64,000 nucleotides of DNA from an uncultured Verrucomicrobiota bacterium (GCA_913047795.1 CAJWTS010000011.1:5232-69231); one strand, 5' to 3'; numbered from the stretch's first letter, positions 21,219 to 33,107 are shown. Made by a program: numbers and translations. Notes: generated from the sequence alone by a model not told the origin.

Positions 21219-22337
21219 TCAGAGATCCGGGTAGCGATAGATTTCACCGCGATAATTACGGAGTAGCAGGTTGCCGTTCTCCCGCCCGACGACGTACTCT
21301 GGCATGATGGGCACCTTGCCGCCGCCGCCCGGCGCATCGATCATATAGGTTGGAACGGCGTAGCCGGTCGTGAATCCGTGCAGGCTGCGGATGATCTCGA
21401 GCCCACGGTCGACCGGGGTGCGGAAATGAGAGCTGCCGGTTACGGCGTCGCATTGGTGCAGGTAGTAGGGGCGGATGCGCAGACGCACAAGGCCGTCCAT
21501 CAGGGCCCGCATCGTGGCCGGGTCGTCGTTGATGCCTGCCAGCAATACTGTCTGGTTGGCAAGCGGAATGCCGGCGTTCGTCAACCGATTGACGGCCCGC
21601 GTGACCTCCGGGGTCAGTTCGCGCGGATGCGTGAAGTGGACGCTGATCCAAAGGGGGTGATAGCGCTTGAGCATGCGGGCCAGGCCAGGCGTAAAACGCT
21701 GGGGTAGAACGGCCGGGGTTTTTGTTCCAATACGGATCAGCCGCACATGTTCGATGGCGTGCAGCTGCGCGAGTAGCCATTCCAGCTTGTCGTCGGTCAG
21801 GGTTAGCGGGTCGCCGCCGGAGATCAGGACGTCTTCGATTTCAGGATGTGATCGTATGTAGTCCAGCGCCGTCTCCCATTGCGGGATCGCCGCCGGAATT
21901 TCACCGCTGCCGACAATCCGTGAGCGGGTACAGTAGCGGCAGTACGTCGCGCAATGATCGCTCACCAGGAAGAGCGCCTTGGCGGGATAGGTGTGCACAA
22001 TCCCGTGGACCGGCGAATGTGCCTCCTCGCCGAGCGGGTCATCGTGTTCGCCGGGGGCTCGGGAATACTCCCGCATCGAGGGAATCATCGTGCGACGGAG
22101 CGGTTCATGGGGATCCGATGTTGCAAGTAGGCTCGCGTAGTAGGGCGTGATGGCGAGCGGCAGTGACCCGTTGCGCTGTCTGATCGCTTGGCGCTCGTCT
22201 TCGCTAAGCTCGAAGGCCGCCTCGAGTTGATCGAGACTGCGGTAGCGATTGCGAAGCTGCCATTGCCAGTCGCCCCAATCTCGCCGGGAGCTCGTGGGGA
22301 AATGTTGCTTACGGAATAAATCGGAACGTGTGGACAT
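21219..22337 (-). CDS. KamA-family radical SAM enzyme (lysine 2,3-aminomutase-like)
   Basis: CATYCRYCTRS radical SAM cysteine motif and the N-terminal W.DW.WQLRNR motif of lysine aminomutases. Start chosen at ATG 22337; the listed ORF extends to a GTG at 22382. Confidence 0.75.
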   Translation of the reverse strand: MSTRSDLFRKQHFPTSSRRDWGDWQWQLRNRYRSLDQLEAAFELSEDERQAIRQRNGSLPLAITPYYASLLATSDPHEPLRRTMIPSMREYSRAPGEHDDPLGEEAHSPVHGIVHTYPAKALFLVSDHCATYCRYCTRSRIVGSGEIPAAIPQWETALDYIRSHPEIEDVLISGGDPLTLTDDKLEWLLAQLHAIEHVRLIRIGTKTPAVLPQRFTPGLARMLKRYHPLWISVHFTHPRELTPEVTRAVNRLTNAGIPLANQTVLLAGINDDPATMRALMDGLVRLRIRPYYLHQCDAVTGSSHFRTPVDRGLEIIRSLHGFTTGYAVPTYMIDAPGGGGKVPIMPEYVVGRENGNLLLRNYRGEIYRYPDL

Positions 22338-22471
22338 GCGAGTGGTTGTTTCAGCGGTCAATGTCGTCGTCTTGTGCGGCACGATACGGCAGCCATCGCC
22401 GACAGGCCAGACTTCTGTCGCGGCATCTCATTCTTGCTTCATCCGCGGACGGGGATAGAATACCTTCAGAA

Positions 22472-23554
<1,083 letters not shown>

Positions 23555-23717
23555 TTTCCAGGTGCGCTTTGGCTTGCTCTGACTTCTGAATCGCAGCATA
23601 CTCCGACTCTTGCCCGCCGTTCCGACGGCCAATGGCGACCGCTGGTCATAGGACGAACCATGCGCCTCTCCTCAGGCAGGATCTTCCGAATCATACGTGG
23701 GACGAGGAATGGATGTA

Positions 23718-24716
23718 ATGATGGCAAACGAGACAGACCGGGAAAAAGCATTTGAGGCGGCAATCCGCGCCGTGCGGGCGGCCTGTGCCGTCACATCGAG
23801 GGTTCAGGAAGACTTTGCTGATGATCATCGCGTGCTTAAGGCCGATCAAAGTCCCGTCACAACGGCGGACTACGCGGCGCAGGTCGTTATCTGCTCTGTT
23901 TTGGCCGAGGCCTTTCCGGATCTGCCCATGATCAGCGAGGAAAGCGCGGACGAACTCGCTGCGCTCGAAGACGACACGTTGCGCGATCTTGTGCTCGAGT
24001 ATGCGCAGACTGCCATTCCCGGACTGACAGGAGACCAGGTGTATGCCTTCCTGGATCACGATGACGGAATCGGCGCGTCGCGTTCGTGGATTCTCGATCC
24101 GGTTGACGGGACGAAGGGATTCATTCGCGGCGATCAATACGCAATCGCGCTGGCGTTGTACGAGGAGGGGCAGATCGAAATGGGCATTCTGGGCTGTCCG
24201 CGGTACGCGACTGGCGCGAGGAGCGAAGGCCTGATCATTGCGGCGCGGCGTGGAGCAGGCACGGTGTGCATGAATGTGGACGAGGACCGTCCGCGTGCCG
24301 TGAAGGTTCAGGACACCACGACCGCTGCGGCTTCGATTGTTGCGCGCAGCGTCGAGTCCGCGCATTCGAGCTTTGGAATCACTGACCAGCTCAAGTCCGA
24401 GTTAAATATTGTGGCAACGGATGTTTACATGGACGGACAGGGGAAATACGGCGCGGTAGCCGTCGGCGATGCGACCATGTATCTTCGGATTCCACGGCCG
24501 GGCGCGACACGTAAAGAAAATATATGGGATCACGCCGCCGGCGTGATTGTGGTCGAGGAGGCCGGCGGTCGCGTGACGGATATCTTGGGCGAGACGATAG
24601 CCTTTTCGCATGGGGCGAAGCTGGAGCGGAACACCGGCATCCTGGCGACCAACGGGGCGATACACGACGAGGTGCTGTCGGAGCTTAAGCGACTCTACGC
24701 CGCCGCCTCAGAATGA
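23718..24716 (+). CDS. 3'(2'),5'-bisphosphate nucleotidase / inositol monophosphatase family (CysQ/HAL2-like)
   Basis: Motifs DPVDGTKGFIRG and WDHAAG, plus overall IMPase-fold similarity. Start after a GAGGAA RBS. Confidence 0.7.
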   Translation: MMANETDREKAFEAAIRAVRAACAVTSRVQEDFADDHRVLKADQSPVTTADYAAQVVICSVLAEAFPDLPMISEESADELAALEDDTLRDLVLEYAQTAIPGLTGDQVYAFLDHDDGIGASRSWILDPVDGTKGFIRGDQYAIALALYEEGQIEMGILGCPRYATGARSEGLIIAARRGAGTVCMNVDEDRPRAVKVQDTTTAAASIVARSVESAHSSFGITDQLKSELNIVATDVYMDGQGKYGAVAVGDATMYLRIPRPGATRKENIWDHAAGVIVVEEAGGRVTDILGETIAFSHGAKLERNTGILATNGAIHDEVLSELKRLYAAASE

Positions 24717-24859
24717 TGCGACTGGCTGTCAGGCTTTTCGTGGCCTGTTCGACGGTGCGGTCAAATTAAGGAGATTCTTCTCCGCCTTCCATTAACGGGC
24801 TTGCCAGCCGCGAACTTGGAAGCGAAATTGTGGGGAGTTTGGAGCAATTCGGGCTGTTT

Positions 24860-24904
24860 AAATAGGGATAAATATAACCTATTTCCCGATTGTCAGGCCT
24901 ATTT
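24860..24904. promoter_or_regulatory. candidate Rrf2-regulator operator: AAATAGG-N11-CCTATTT inverted repeat plus a second CCTATTT half-site
   Basis: Perfect 7 bp inverted repeat at 24860-24884 and a repeated half-site at ~24898-24904, in the AT-rich promoter region ~60-100 bp upstream of the Rrf2 gene. Confidence 0.4.
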
Positions 24905-24958
24905 TCACCTGCTACTCTCATATTGAGAGTCCTATTCGCTGACTCCACGGAGACGTCA

Positions 24959-25450
24959 ATGGTCAGAATCACTAGAGATATGGAATACGCGCTGATCGCC
25001 CTGCAATACCTGCAGTCCGAATACCCGGGCAAATTAACGTCTGTGAGGCGTATTTGCGATGCCCACGACCTGCCGTTTGATGCCACGTCGCACGTGTTAC
25101 AGCGGCTGAAGCAAGCCGGCGTGGTTCGCTCGCAACAGGGGGTGAACGGCGGGTACCAAATTGTCAAAGATCTGGCGCTGGTATCCTATTATGACCTGCT
25201 CGAGGTGGTCGGAGACCAGATAAAGATAGCATCTTGCCTGGCCGAAAACTGCACCTGCCATCTCGTGAAGTCATGCAATATTATTTCACCGATCATTAGC
25301 CTGAACGATCGTCTGGCCGAGTTCTACCGTGGGATCATGATAAAGGAATTGCTTGATGTTCGCTCGGCCGAAGAGGATCTGATCCGGGATCGGTTCGCCG
25401 TTGTGTCCGCCGACCGGGACGATGTACCGGCTGCGAAGGAGCACAGGTAA
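24959..25450 (+). CDS. Rrf2 family transcriptional regulator (IscR/SufR-like)
   Basis: N-terminal HTH (YALIALQYL) and a C-terminal Cys cluster ([14 protein letters not shown]). Immediately upstream of sufB. Confidence 0.75.
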   Translation: MVRITRDMEYALIALQYLQSEYPGKLTSVRRICDAHDLPFDATSHVLQRLKQAGVVRSQQGVNGGYQIVKDLALVSYYDLLEVVGDQIKIASCLAENCTCHLVKSCNIISPIISLNDRLAEFYRGIMIKELLDVRSAEEDLIRDRFAVVSADRDDVPAAKEHR

Positions 25451-25451
25451 T

Positions 25452-26897
25452 ATGCCGACGGGCGTAGAGAGTGAAAGCAAGCTTGCGCAGGGCTATCGGT
25501 TCGGGTTTGTGTCGGACATCGAGACTGAAACGGTTCCCAAGGGACTGAATGAGGGGATTGTGCGGTTCATTTCTGAGAAGAAGAAAGAACCGCAGTGGCT
25601 ACTCGACTACAGACTGAAGGCGCTCAAGCATTTTCTAACCCTGGATCCACCGGCCTGGGCGCATGTTGACTATCCACCGGTCGACTTCCAGGACATTCGC
25701 TACTACGCCGCGCCAAAATCGCAGGCCGATGGTCCGAAAAGCCTCGCGGATGTCGATGAGGAGTTGCTGGATACCTTCGATCGCCTCGGTATTCCGCTCG
25801 GCGAGCGCGAGCGGTTGGCCGGCGTCGCGGTCGATGCGGTCTTCGATAGTGTGTCCGTGGCGACCACGCACAAGGAAATGCTGGGCGAGCAGGGAATCAT
25901 TTTCTGCTCGTTTTCCGAGGCCGTGCAGGAACATCCGGACCTCGTGCGGGAGAACCTGGGCTCTGTGGTGCCGCACACGGACAACTTCTACGCAGCGCTG
26001 AACGCAGCCGTGTTTACGGACGGGTCGTTTTGCTACATCCCGCGTGACGTGCACTGCCCGGTGGATTTATCCACGTATTTCCGCATCAATGCAGCGGAGA
26101 CCGGTCAGTTTGAACGTACCTTGATCATTGCTGAAGCCGGAAGCCGGGTTTCCTACCTCGAAGGCTGTACGGCACCGATGCGGGATGAGAATCAACTGCA
26201 TGCGGCCGTTGTCGAATTGCTCGCCAAGGACGACGCCGAGATCAAGTACTCCACCGTGCAGAACTGGTACGGCGGGGACGAGCAGGGCCGTGGTGGTATC
26301 TATAATTTCGTAACCAAGCGGGGGAAATGCGCCGGAAAGCGGTCGAAGATCTCGTGGACCCAGGTCGAGGCTGGCTCGGCCATCACCTGGAAGTACCCCA
26401 GCTGCATTCTTCAGGGGGATGATTCGGTGGGTGAATTCTATTCGGTGGCGCTGACAAACAACAGGATGCAGGCCGACACGGGTACAAAAATGATTCATAT
26501 CGGACGCAACACCCGCAGCAGGATCGTCTCCAAGGGGATTTCCGCTGATGAATCGGCGAACAGCTATCGCGGGTTGGTAAAGGTTTTGCCGGGAGCAACC
26601 AACGCGCGCAATCACTCGCAATGCGACTCGATGCTCGTCGGGAACAATTGCAGTGCGAACACCTTTCCGTATCTCGAGATCGCGAATAATACGGCCCACG
26701 TTGAGCATGAAGCCACGACCTCCCGCATTAGTGCTGACCAGATGTTCTACCTGCAGTCGCGCGGACTCGATGCCGAGGCCGCCGTCTCATTGCTGGTGAA
26801 CGGATTTTGCAAAGAGGTGTTTAAGGAGTTGCCGCTCGAATTTTCGGTCGAAGCGGTGAAGCTGCTTGAGATGAAGTTGGAAGGCAGCGTCGGTTGA
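25452..26897 (+). CDS. sufB: Fe-S cluster assembly protein SufB
   Basis: 481 aa with strong SufB-family similarity throughout. AGGT RBS. Confidence 0.9.
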   Translation: MPTGVESESKLAQGYRFGFVSDIETETVPKGLNEGIVRFISEKKKEPQWLLDYRLKALKHFLTLDPPAWAHVDYPPVDFQDIRYYAAPKSQADGPKSLADVDEELLDTFDRLGIPLGERERLAGVAVDAVFDSVSVATTHKEMLGEQGIIFCSFSEAVQEHPDLVRENLGSVVPHTDNFYAALNAAVFTDGSFCYIPRDVHCPVDLSTYFRINAAETGQFERTLIIAEAGSRVSYLEGCTAPMRDENQLHAAVVELLAKDDAEIKYSTVQNWYGGDEQGRGGIYNFVTKRGKCAGKRSKISWTQVEAGSAITWKYPSCILQGDDSVGEFYSVALTNNRMQADTGTKMIHIGRNTRSRIVSKGISADESANSYRGLVKVLPGATNARNHSQCDSMLVGNNCSANTFPYLEIANNTAHVEHEATTSRISADQMFYLQSRGLDAEAAVSLLVNGFCKEVFKELPLEFSVEAVKLLEMKLEGSVG

Positions 26898-26918
26898 TTC
26901 GGCGCAGAAGGAGTCGAC

Positions 26919-27674
26919 ATGTTACAGATTAAGGATTTGGAAGCGCGCGTTGTCGATGGCGCTCCAATTCTCAAAGGTATTTCGCTGACCATTAAGGCGG
27001 GTGAGGTCCATGCAATCATGGGGCCGAACGGCTCGGGCAAGAGCACGCTTTCAAAGATTGTTGCCGGTCATCCCGACTACGAGGTGACGAGCGGAACGAT
27101 CGAATACGAGTTCAATCGCAAGCCGAAGGATCTGTTGACGATGGCGCCGGAGGACCGGGCGCGCGAAGGCGTTTTTATGGCCTTTCAATACCCGGTCGAG
27201 ATTCCGGGGGTTAGCAATTCCGTGTTTCTGCGGGCGGCGTTCAATGAAATTTGTCGTTACCAGGGCGTCGAGGAAATGGATCCGATCGACTTCGACACGT
27301 TTTTGAAGGAGAAGATGAAACTGCTCGAGATGGATCCTGCGTTCGTCGATCGCTACGTCAATGTCGACTTTTCCGGCGGAGAGAAAAAGCGCAACGAGAT
27401 CCTTCAGATGGCGATCATGTCCCCACGCCTGTCGTTCCTCGACGAGACGGACTCGGGCCTCGACGTAGATTCCATGCGGATCGTGGCGGACGGCGTCAAC
27501 AAGTTGCGTTCGGAGCACAACGCGATCGTCCTGATTACGCACTACCAGCGTCTGCTCAACTACATCAAACCGGATGTCGTGCACGTGATCTGCGACGGGC
27601 GAATCGTCCGCAGTGCCGGTCCGGAACTAGCGCTCGAGGTTGAAGAGCGTGGATACGACTGGCTCGCTGCCTAA
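26919..27674 (+). CDS. sufC: Fe-S cluster assembly ATPase SufC
   Basis: Walker A GPNGSGKST, LSGGEKKR signature, ~250 aa. Confidence 0.9.
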   Translation: MLQIKDLEARVVDGAPILKGISLTIKAGEVHAIMGPNGSGKSTLSKIVAGHPDYEVTSGTIEYEFNRKPKDLLTMAPEDRAREGVFMAFQYPVEIPGVSNSVFLRAAFNEICRYQGVEEMDPIDFDTFLKEKMKLLEMDPAFVDRYVNVDFSGGEKKRNEILQMAIMSPRLSFLDETDSGLDVDSMRIVADGVNKLRSEHNAIVLITHYQRLLNYIKPDVVHVICDGRIVRSAGPELALEVEERGYDWLAA

Positions 27675-27682
27675 ACCGCGGG

Positions 27683-29023
27683 GTGGCCGCGCGAGTGGCC
27701 GGCGGGTCCTTTGTCATGAATGTTTCTTCTGTATACGAGGCCGTGACCGCACGTCGAAACGGCGCGGCTCCGGATTGGTGGCGCAGGTTGCGTGCCGAGG
27801 GGCTTGAGCGCTTCGAGTATCTTGGGTTGCCAACGGTACGTGATGAGGAGTGGAAGTATACGAACGTTCGCACGATCGCCGATACCGAATTTGGACTGTG
27901 CGGAAGTGTTGGTGAAGCTGACCTTAACGTCTTCGCGACGCAACGTACGCAGGGCATCGCGGAGCTTGTCTTTGTCGACGGGCTATATTCTGCCGAGGCG
28001 AGTCGCCTGGATACGTTGCCGGAAGGGATTCGGGTTGACCGGTTCGAAGACGCGCTTGATCGCGATCCGGACCGTCTGCAGGCTTGCCTGACCCGCGCAG
28101 CCGTTTCGGATGCGGATGCCTTTACTTCTCTAAACATCGCACTGCTTGATAACGGCGTGCTGATTCGGGCGGATGCGGACGCGACCTGCACCACGCCGAT
28201 TCAACTGACCTTCATCACGACCGCCGCGGCGGAACACGCGTTAATGTCGCCGCGTGTACTGATCGATGCGGGGATCAACAGCCGCCTGGCAGTGGTCGAG
28301 AGTCATGTCTCGCAGACCGATGCTTCCTACATGACCAACCATTTGACGGATATCTTAATCGGACGTGGCGGTCAGGTGGAATACTGCCTGCTACAGTCGC
28401 AGGGCTCCGCCGCGGTGCATGTGGGCACAACGCGTGTCTGGCAGGAGGCCGACTCACGGCTTGAAGCTTTTGCGCTCGAGACCGGCGCAGCGCTGGGTCG
28501 GCAGAACCTTGTCATTCAGATCGAAGGCGCGGGCGCGCATGCGTCGCTCGACGGAATCTACCTGCTGCACGAGGGGCAGCATCTCGATAACCACACCTCC
28601 GTGGTGCATCACCAGCCGAGTTGTACCAGTGATCAACTGTATAAAGGCATACTCAACGGGGCATCACGCGCGGTATTCAACGGCAAGATTTTCGTGGAGC
28701 GGGACGCCCAGATGACCAACGCGTACCAGCTCAATCGCAACTTATTGCTTCACCCGAAAGCGAAGGTAGATACGAAGCCACAGCTTGAGATCTATGCGGA
28801 TGACGTGCGGTGCACCCACGGGGCGACGATTGGACAACTCGACGACGAAGAGATCTTTTATCTCCGCAGTCGCGGAATCGAGGAGACATCCGCGATCACA
28901 ATGCTGGCACGTGGCTTTGCAGCCGAAGTTCTCGGCCGCGTATCCGGCGAGGAAACCGTCAAGATGCTGAAGGGTTGCCTTGATGGATACTTTTTCGAAT
29001 ATGCGCGTCGCGGGGACGCTTGA
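27683..29023 (+). CDS. sufD: Fe-S cluster assembly protein SufD
   Basis: SufB/D-family C-terminal beta-helix region. Positioned after sufC. The start could be the internal Met at 27716. Confidence 0.8.
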   Translation: MAARVAGGSFVMNVSSVYEAVTARRNGAAPDWWRRLRAEGLERFEYLGLPTVRDEEWKYTNVRTIADTEFGLCGSVGEADLNVFATQRTQGIAELVFVDGLYSAEASRLDTLPEGIRVDRFEDALDRDPDRLQACLTRAAVSDADAFTSLNIALLDNGVLIRADADATCTTPIQLTFITTAAAEHALMSPRVLIDAGINSRLAVVESHVSQTDASYMTNHLTDILIGRGGQVEYCLLQSQGSAAVHVGTTRVWQEADSRLEAFALETGAALGRQNLVIQIEGAGAHASLDGIYLLHEGQHLDNHTSVVHHQPSCTSDQLYKGILNGASRAVFNGKIFVERDAQMTNAYQLNRNLLLHPKAKVDTKPQLEIYADDVRCTHGATIGQLDDEEIFYLRSRGIEETSAITMLARGFAAEVLGRVSGEETVKMLKGCLDGYFFEYARRGDA

Positions 29024-29063
29024 CGGGAATGGAGGGGTGTTTTGGGGCTCCGGGACGATTTGA

Positions 29064-30314
29064 ATGAGTACGACGATAGAACAAATGAATCGGGTTAGCT
29101 TCGACGCCGATCGAATCCGTGCCGATTTTCCGGCCGCGACACGGACCGTTCACGATGGCCGGCGCCTGGTGTATTTGGACAACGCCGCGACGACACTCAA
29201 GCCGCGTGTCGTGGTGGACGCCCTGGCGGAACATATGCTGTTGGGTGCCTCAAACGTTCATCGCGGATTGCACTATCTTAGTGAGCGCGCAACGGAAGCC
29301 TACGAGGCGGCGCGCGACAGCGTCTGCGACTTCATTCATGCGGCGGCGCGCGAAGAAATTGTCTTTACGAACGGAACAACCGCCGCGATCAACCTGGTTG
29401 CGCATTCGTTCGGATCCCTGCTCGGCGAAGGCGATGAGATCGTTGTTTCGCAGATGGAGCACCATTCCAACATCGTGCCGTGGCAGCTCCTATGTGAACG
29501 GCGCGGGTGTGTTTTGCGCGTGGCGCCGATCGACAAGAACGGAGAACTGATCCTGGATGCCTACCGCGACATGCTGAGCGATCGCACGCGTCTGGTCTCG
29601 ATGGTCTACGTCTCGAACTCGTTGGGAACCGTGAACCCGATCGAAGAGATTATCGCCGGCGCGCATGCCGTCGGAGCAAAGGTTCTGGTCGACGCCGCGC
29701 AGGCGGTTGCGACGAGGGCGATTGATGTGCAGGCATTGGATTGTGATTTTCTGGCGTTCTCGGCGCATAAACTCTTTGGGCCGACGGGCGTCGGCGTGCT
29801 CTACGGTAAGCAGGTGCATCTCGAAGCGATGCCGCCGTTTTTGGGCGGTGGTGACATGATCGCATCGGTGCGCTTTGAGAAAACGGAGTACAATCGGCTG
29901 CCGTACAAATTCGAGGCGGGAACCGGTAATATTGGCGGCGTGATTGCTCTTAAGCCGGCGATCGATTACGTGAGCGCGATCGGCTTTGACGCCATTCAGG
30001 CCCACGAGCAGGATTTGCTCACCTACGCCACGGACGTACTGCGGGGTCATGAGGGTCTGCGCCTGATCGGCACGGCGCGCGAAAAGGCCGCGATTGTATC
30101 ATTCCTTGTGGGGGAGGTGCATGCGCACGATGTTGGCTCGATCCTGGACCAGGAGGGAGTCGCGATTCGGGCCGGTCATCATTGCACCCAGCCGGTCATG
30201 GAGTTTTTCGAAGTTCCGGCTACGGCGCGCGCTTCGTTTTCGATCTATAATACGCGCGAAGACGTAGATGCGTTGTCCTTGGCCGTGCGCAAGGTGGAGG
30301 AACTGTTTGAATGA
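29064..30314 (+). CDS. sufS: cysteine desulfurase SufS
   Basis: Class V aminotransferase. PLP lysine region SAHKLFGPTGVGVLY and active-site HHCTQP. Confidence 0.85.
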   Translation: MSTTIEQMNRVSFDADRIRADFPAATRTVHDGRRLVYLDNAATTLKPRVVVDALAEHMLLGASNVHRGLHYLSERATEAYEAARDSVCDFIHAAAREEIVFTNGTTAAINLVAHSFGSLLGEGDEIVVSQMEHHSNIVPWQLLCERRGCVLRVAPIDKNGELILDAYRDMLSDRTRLVSMVYVSNSLGTVNPIEEIIAGAHAVGAKVLVDAAQAVATRAIDVQALDCDFLAFSAHKLFGPTGVGVLYGKQVHLEAMPPFLGGGDMIASVRFEKTEYNRLPYKFEAGTGNIGGVIALKPAIDYVSAIGFDAIQAHEQDLLTYATDVLRGHEGLRLIGTAREKAAIVSFLVGEVHAHDVGSILDQEGVAIRAGHHCTQPVMEFFEVPATARASFSIYNTREDVDALSLAVRKVEELFE

Positions 30315-30763
30315 GCGCCCTCGACGAGTTGTACCAGCAGGTGATCATCGAGCACAATCGTAAGCCGCGGAATTTTCGTGTGATCGAGAATGCGACGTAC
30401 GTCGCCGAAGGCTTCAATCCTATCTGTGGCGATCATTTTCATATCTACATCGTCGTGGGTGACGATGGCTGCATTGAGGACGTTGCGTTTGACGGAAAGG
30501 GTTGTGCGATTTCGAAGGCGTCGGCATCCATGATGACTCAGGCGCTGATCGGAAAGTCGGAGATCGAAGCGCGACAACTCTTCGCGGAGTTCAATTCCCT
30601 GGCGAAGGGCGACCTCGATCCCGATAAGGATGATAATACGCTGGGCAAGTTGGCTGTGTTTAGCGGGATCTGGAAGTTTCCAGCCCGTGTAAAATGCGCT
30701 GTGCTCGCCTGGCATACCGCCACCAGCGCATTGGACGAGGTCGACATTGTGTCGACCGAGTAG
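30311..30763 (+). CDS. sufU: SufU/NifU-like sulfur transfer scaffold
   Basis: NPICGDHFHIYI...GKGCAISKASASMMT, the NifU N-terminal domain signature. 4 bp overlap with sufS. Confidence 0.75.
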   Translation: MSALDELYQQVIIEHNRKPRNFRVIENATYVAEGFNPICGDHFHIYIVVGDDGCIEDVAFDGKGCAISKASASMMTQALIGKSEIEARQLFAEFNSLAKGDLDPDKDDNTLGKLAVFSGIWKFPARVKCAVLAWHTATSALDEVDIVSTE

Positions 30764-30785
30764 AGAAGACTGCTCGCGTCGCGAG

Positions 30786-31277
30786 CTACTTCTTGCTCGA
30801 GCCTTCCTTCTTGCCTGTGGCCGGCTTGTGGAGATAGGCGTCGTGAAATTCCGTCAACAGGCCGCGAAGTTTCCTCACGTGCGAGACCTCCGTTGTCTGC
30901 TTGGCTTTCATCGAATGCACTAACATCTGGTGGAGAAACGAGAGCTTGTTGAGGTAGGCCTCTTTTTCGGCACCGTTGGCCGGCTTGATGCGTTGCTGCA
31001 GGAAGTAGGAGGTCACGATGTCGGCGATATGATCCGCATGTTTTTCCTTGTTCTGAACCCAGCGCGCGATCTGGTTCTGGTTTTTCGTCGGATCAGTCGA
31101 AAGTTCCTCGATCTTCGTCATCGATTTTTCGATCGTTCGCAGATCTTCCTCGATGGCGGCGAATCGTGCTTCATCTCCGTAGATACCACAGGGAATTTGG
31201 CAATGGGCGAGGGCGTAGCCGGTGCCGAGGACGGCCGTGGCGGCGGCAATTGAAAGTAGACGGTGTACGTTTTTCAT
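30786..31277 (-). CDS. sodN: nickel superoxide dismutase precursor
   Basis: Ni-hook HCQIPCGIYGD immediately follows a 24 aa hydrophobic leader ending in ALA. Four-helix-bundle length (~140 aa mature). Confidence 0.8.
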   Translation of the reverse strand: MKNVHRLLSIAAATAVLGTGYALAHCQIPCGIYGDEARFAAIEEDLRTIEKSMTKIEELSTDPTKNQNQIARWVQNKEKHADHIADIVTSYFLQQRIKPANGAEKEAYLNKLSFLHQMLVHSMKAKQTTEVSHVRKLRGLLTEFHDAYLHKPATGKKEGSSKK

Positions 31278-31331
31278 GGTCGTTATTCCTTTGGGTCTCG
31301 TTTGGGTTGCGTAATGCGGGCGTCCCGCCGG

Positions 31332-33107
31332 TCAGACAGGGATCGGTTCCGTCGCATCGGATTTTGTCACACAGCGACTCACCTTCTGCACGCTGATGCA
31401 TCCGGTCGGGCAGACCTCGAGGCAGGCATTGCAGCGGATGCAGTCGTTCTGATTGATGAAATACTCGTCGTTGTAGCTGTCGGTGCCCTTGTTGTTGCCG
31501 AACTCTACGATGCGTCCGTCAGGGTCCAACTCCAGCGACGGGGTGCGTACGATGCAATCCGGGCGAGGTTTGACTACGATGCATTGGTCGCACTGAATGC
31601 AGCGGGAATTATCAATCTCATATTTATAATAGCAAAGATAACACCGCGCGGATTCCTCCTTCGCCGCGGACTCCTCGTAGCCCTGTTCGACCTCATTTGT
31701 GAGGTCTCGTGCTTCGAGCGGCAGGGTGGGCATATCGTGCAAATCGACAAGGTCCATTTCGCGCGTACGGGGAAACTCGCGGCCGTCCTCGACATAGGCG
31801 ACTTCCTGCATACGACGATTGCCCATCAGGTAGGTGTCGACGTCGAGCGCACACTGTTTCCCATGCGCAATCGCTTCGATGAGCGTGGCGGCCCCCGTTG
31901 AGAAATCGCCGGCCGCGAAGATCTGCTCCAGGGCGGTCTTCTGTCCGGGACTGCTCAGTAGCCATTCGTCGTCGCCGACGAGCTTGCGATAGAGATCCTT
32001 GTCGATGAAATCGGTTTTGGGGAATTGGCCCGTGGCAAGCAGGATGATGTCGGCGGGCACATCGAACTCGCTTCCTTCGATTTCGATCGGCCGGCGCCGG
32101 CCACTCTCATCCGGTTCGCCGAGTTCGGTCTTGATAAAGCGCATGGCCTTGATGTGTCCATTCTCGCCGATGTACTCTTTAGGCGAGACCATGAAATCCA
32201 TCGGAATGCCTTCGACTTCGAGTTCTTCCAACTCGCCGGGTGTGATCAGCATCTCGTTGACCGAACGCCGATAGCAAACACGAATCTGCTTGGCGCCGAG
32301 CCGGTAGGCCGTGCGCGAACAGTCCATGGCGGTGAAGCCACCGCCGATCACAAGCAGGTTGTCACCGACGGGTGCTTTGTCGTTTTCGTTTGCTTCAAGC
32401 AGCCACGGGATTCCGTGGTAAATGCCTTCTAGGTCGGCACCGGGTAGCCGAAGGTAATTCTCTCGCAACGTGCCGCAGGCCATCACCACTGCGTCCTGCG
32501 TATCGAGGAGTTCGCGCATCGTGATATCAATGCCGATGCTCGTGTTGCAAATGATTTCCACGCCCTGGCGACGCACCTGGTCGATCTCGCGATCGATGTG
32601 CTCGCGCGGGAGCCGAAATTCGGGGATGCCCTGGTTCATCATGCCGCCGGGCTTGTTGTGTTTCTCGTAGACGGTGGGGGTGTGGCCCATCATGGAAAGG
32701 TTGCGCGCGCAGGCCAGGCCCGCGGGGCCGGCGCCGATGATGGCGATCTTCTTCCCGGTTTCGGGGTACAGACGGTCGAATACGACGATATCTTCGGACT
32801 TCAGATCGGAGGCGGCACGTTTGGAGAAGCATATCGCCAACGAGTCGCCGAGGCCGTCCCAACCGTGGCGGCAGGTTTCTTCGCAGGGCCGGGAGCAGAC
32901 ACGTCCAAGTACAGCCGGGAAAACGTTGTCACGCAGGTTGATCCGGTACGCTTCGTCGAACTCTCCGCGATAGATCGCGCCGAGGTATCCCGGAATATCC
33001 GTGTGGGCGGGACAGCTTTCCTGGCAGGGAATATTTTTGGCGACCCAGTCAAGGTCTCGCGGATCGCTCGCGATTCCCTCGGGTTGAGTTAAGGCACGTT
33101 CAAGCAT
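31332..33107 (-). CDS. GltD-family NAD(P)H-dependent Fe-S flavoprotein oxidoreductase with C-terminal 2x[4Fe-4S] ferredoxin domain
   Basis: N-terminal Cys-rich region (CQESCPAHTDIPGY...CSRPCEETCRHG), IAIIGAGPAGLACA dinucleotide motif, and C-terminal CIQCDQCIVV...CIRCNACLEVCP. Confidence 0.7.
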   Translation of the reverse strand: MLERALTQPEGIASDPRDLDWVAKNIPCQESCPAHTDIPGYLGAIYRGEFDEAYRINLRDNVFPAVLGRVCSRPCEETCRHGWDGLGDSLAICFSKRAASDLKSEDIVVFDRLYPETGKKIAIIGAGPAGLACARNLSMMGHTPTVYEKHNKPGGMMNQGIPEFRLPREHIDREIDQVRRQGVEIICNTSIGIDITMRELLDTQDAVVMACGTLRENYLRLPGADLEGIYHGIPWLLEANENDKAPVGDNLLVIGGGFTAMDCSRTAYRLGAKQIRVCYRRSVNEMLITPGELEELEVEGIPMDFMVSPKEYIGENGHIKAMRFIKTELGEPDESGRRRPIEIEGSEFDVPADIILLATGQFPKTDFIDKDLYRKLVGDDEWLLSSPGQKTALEQIFAAGDFSTGAATLIEAIAHGKQCALDVDTYLMGNRRMQEVAYVEDGREFPRTREMDLVDLHDMPTLPLEARDLTNEVEQGYEESAAKEESARCYLCYYKYEIDNSRCIQCDQCIVVKPRPDCIVRTPSLELDPDGRIVEFGNNKGTDSYNDEYFINQNDCIRCNACLEVCPTGCISVQKVSRCVTKSDATEPIPV

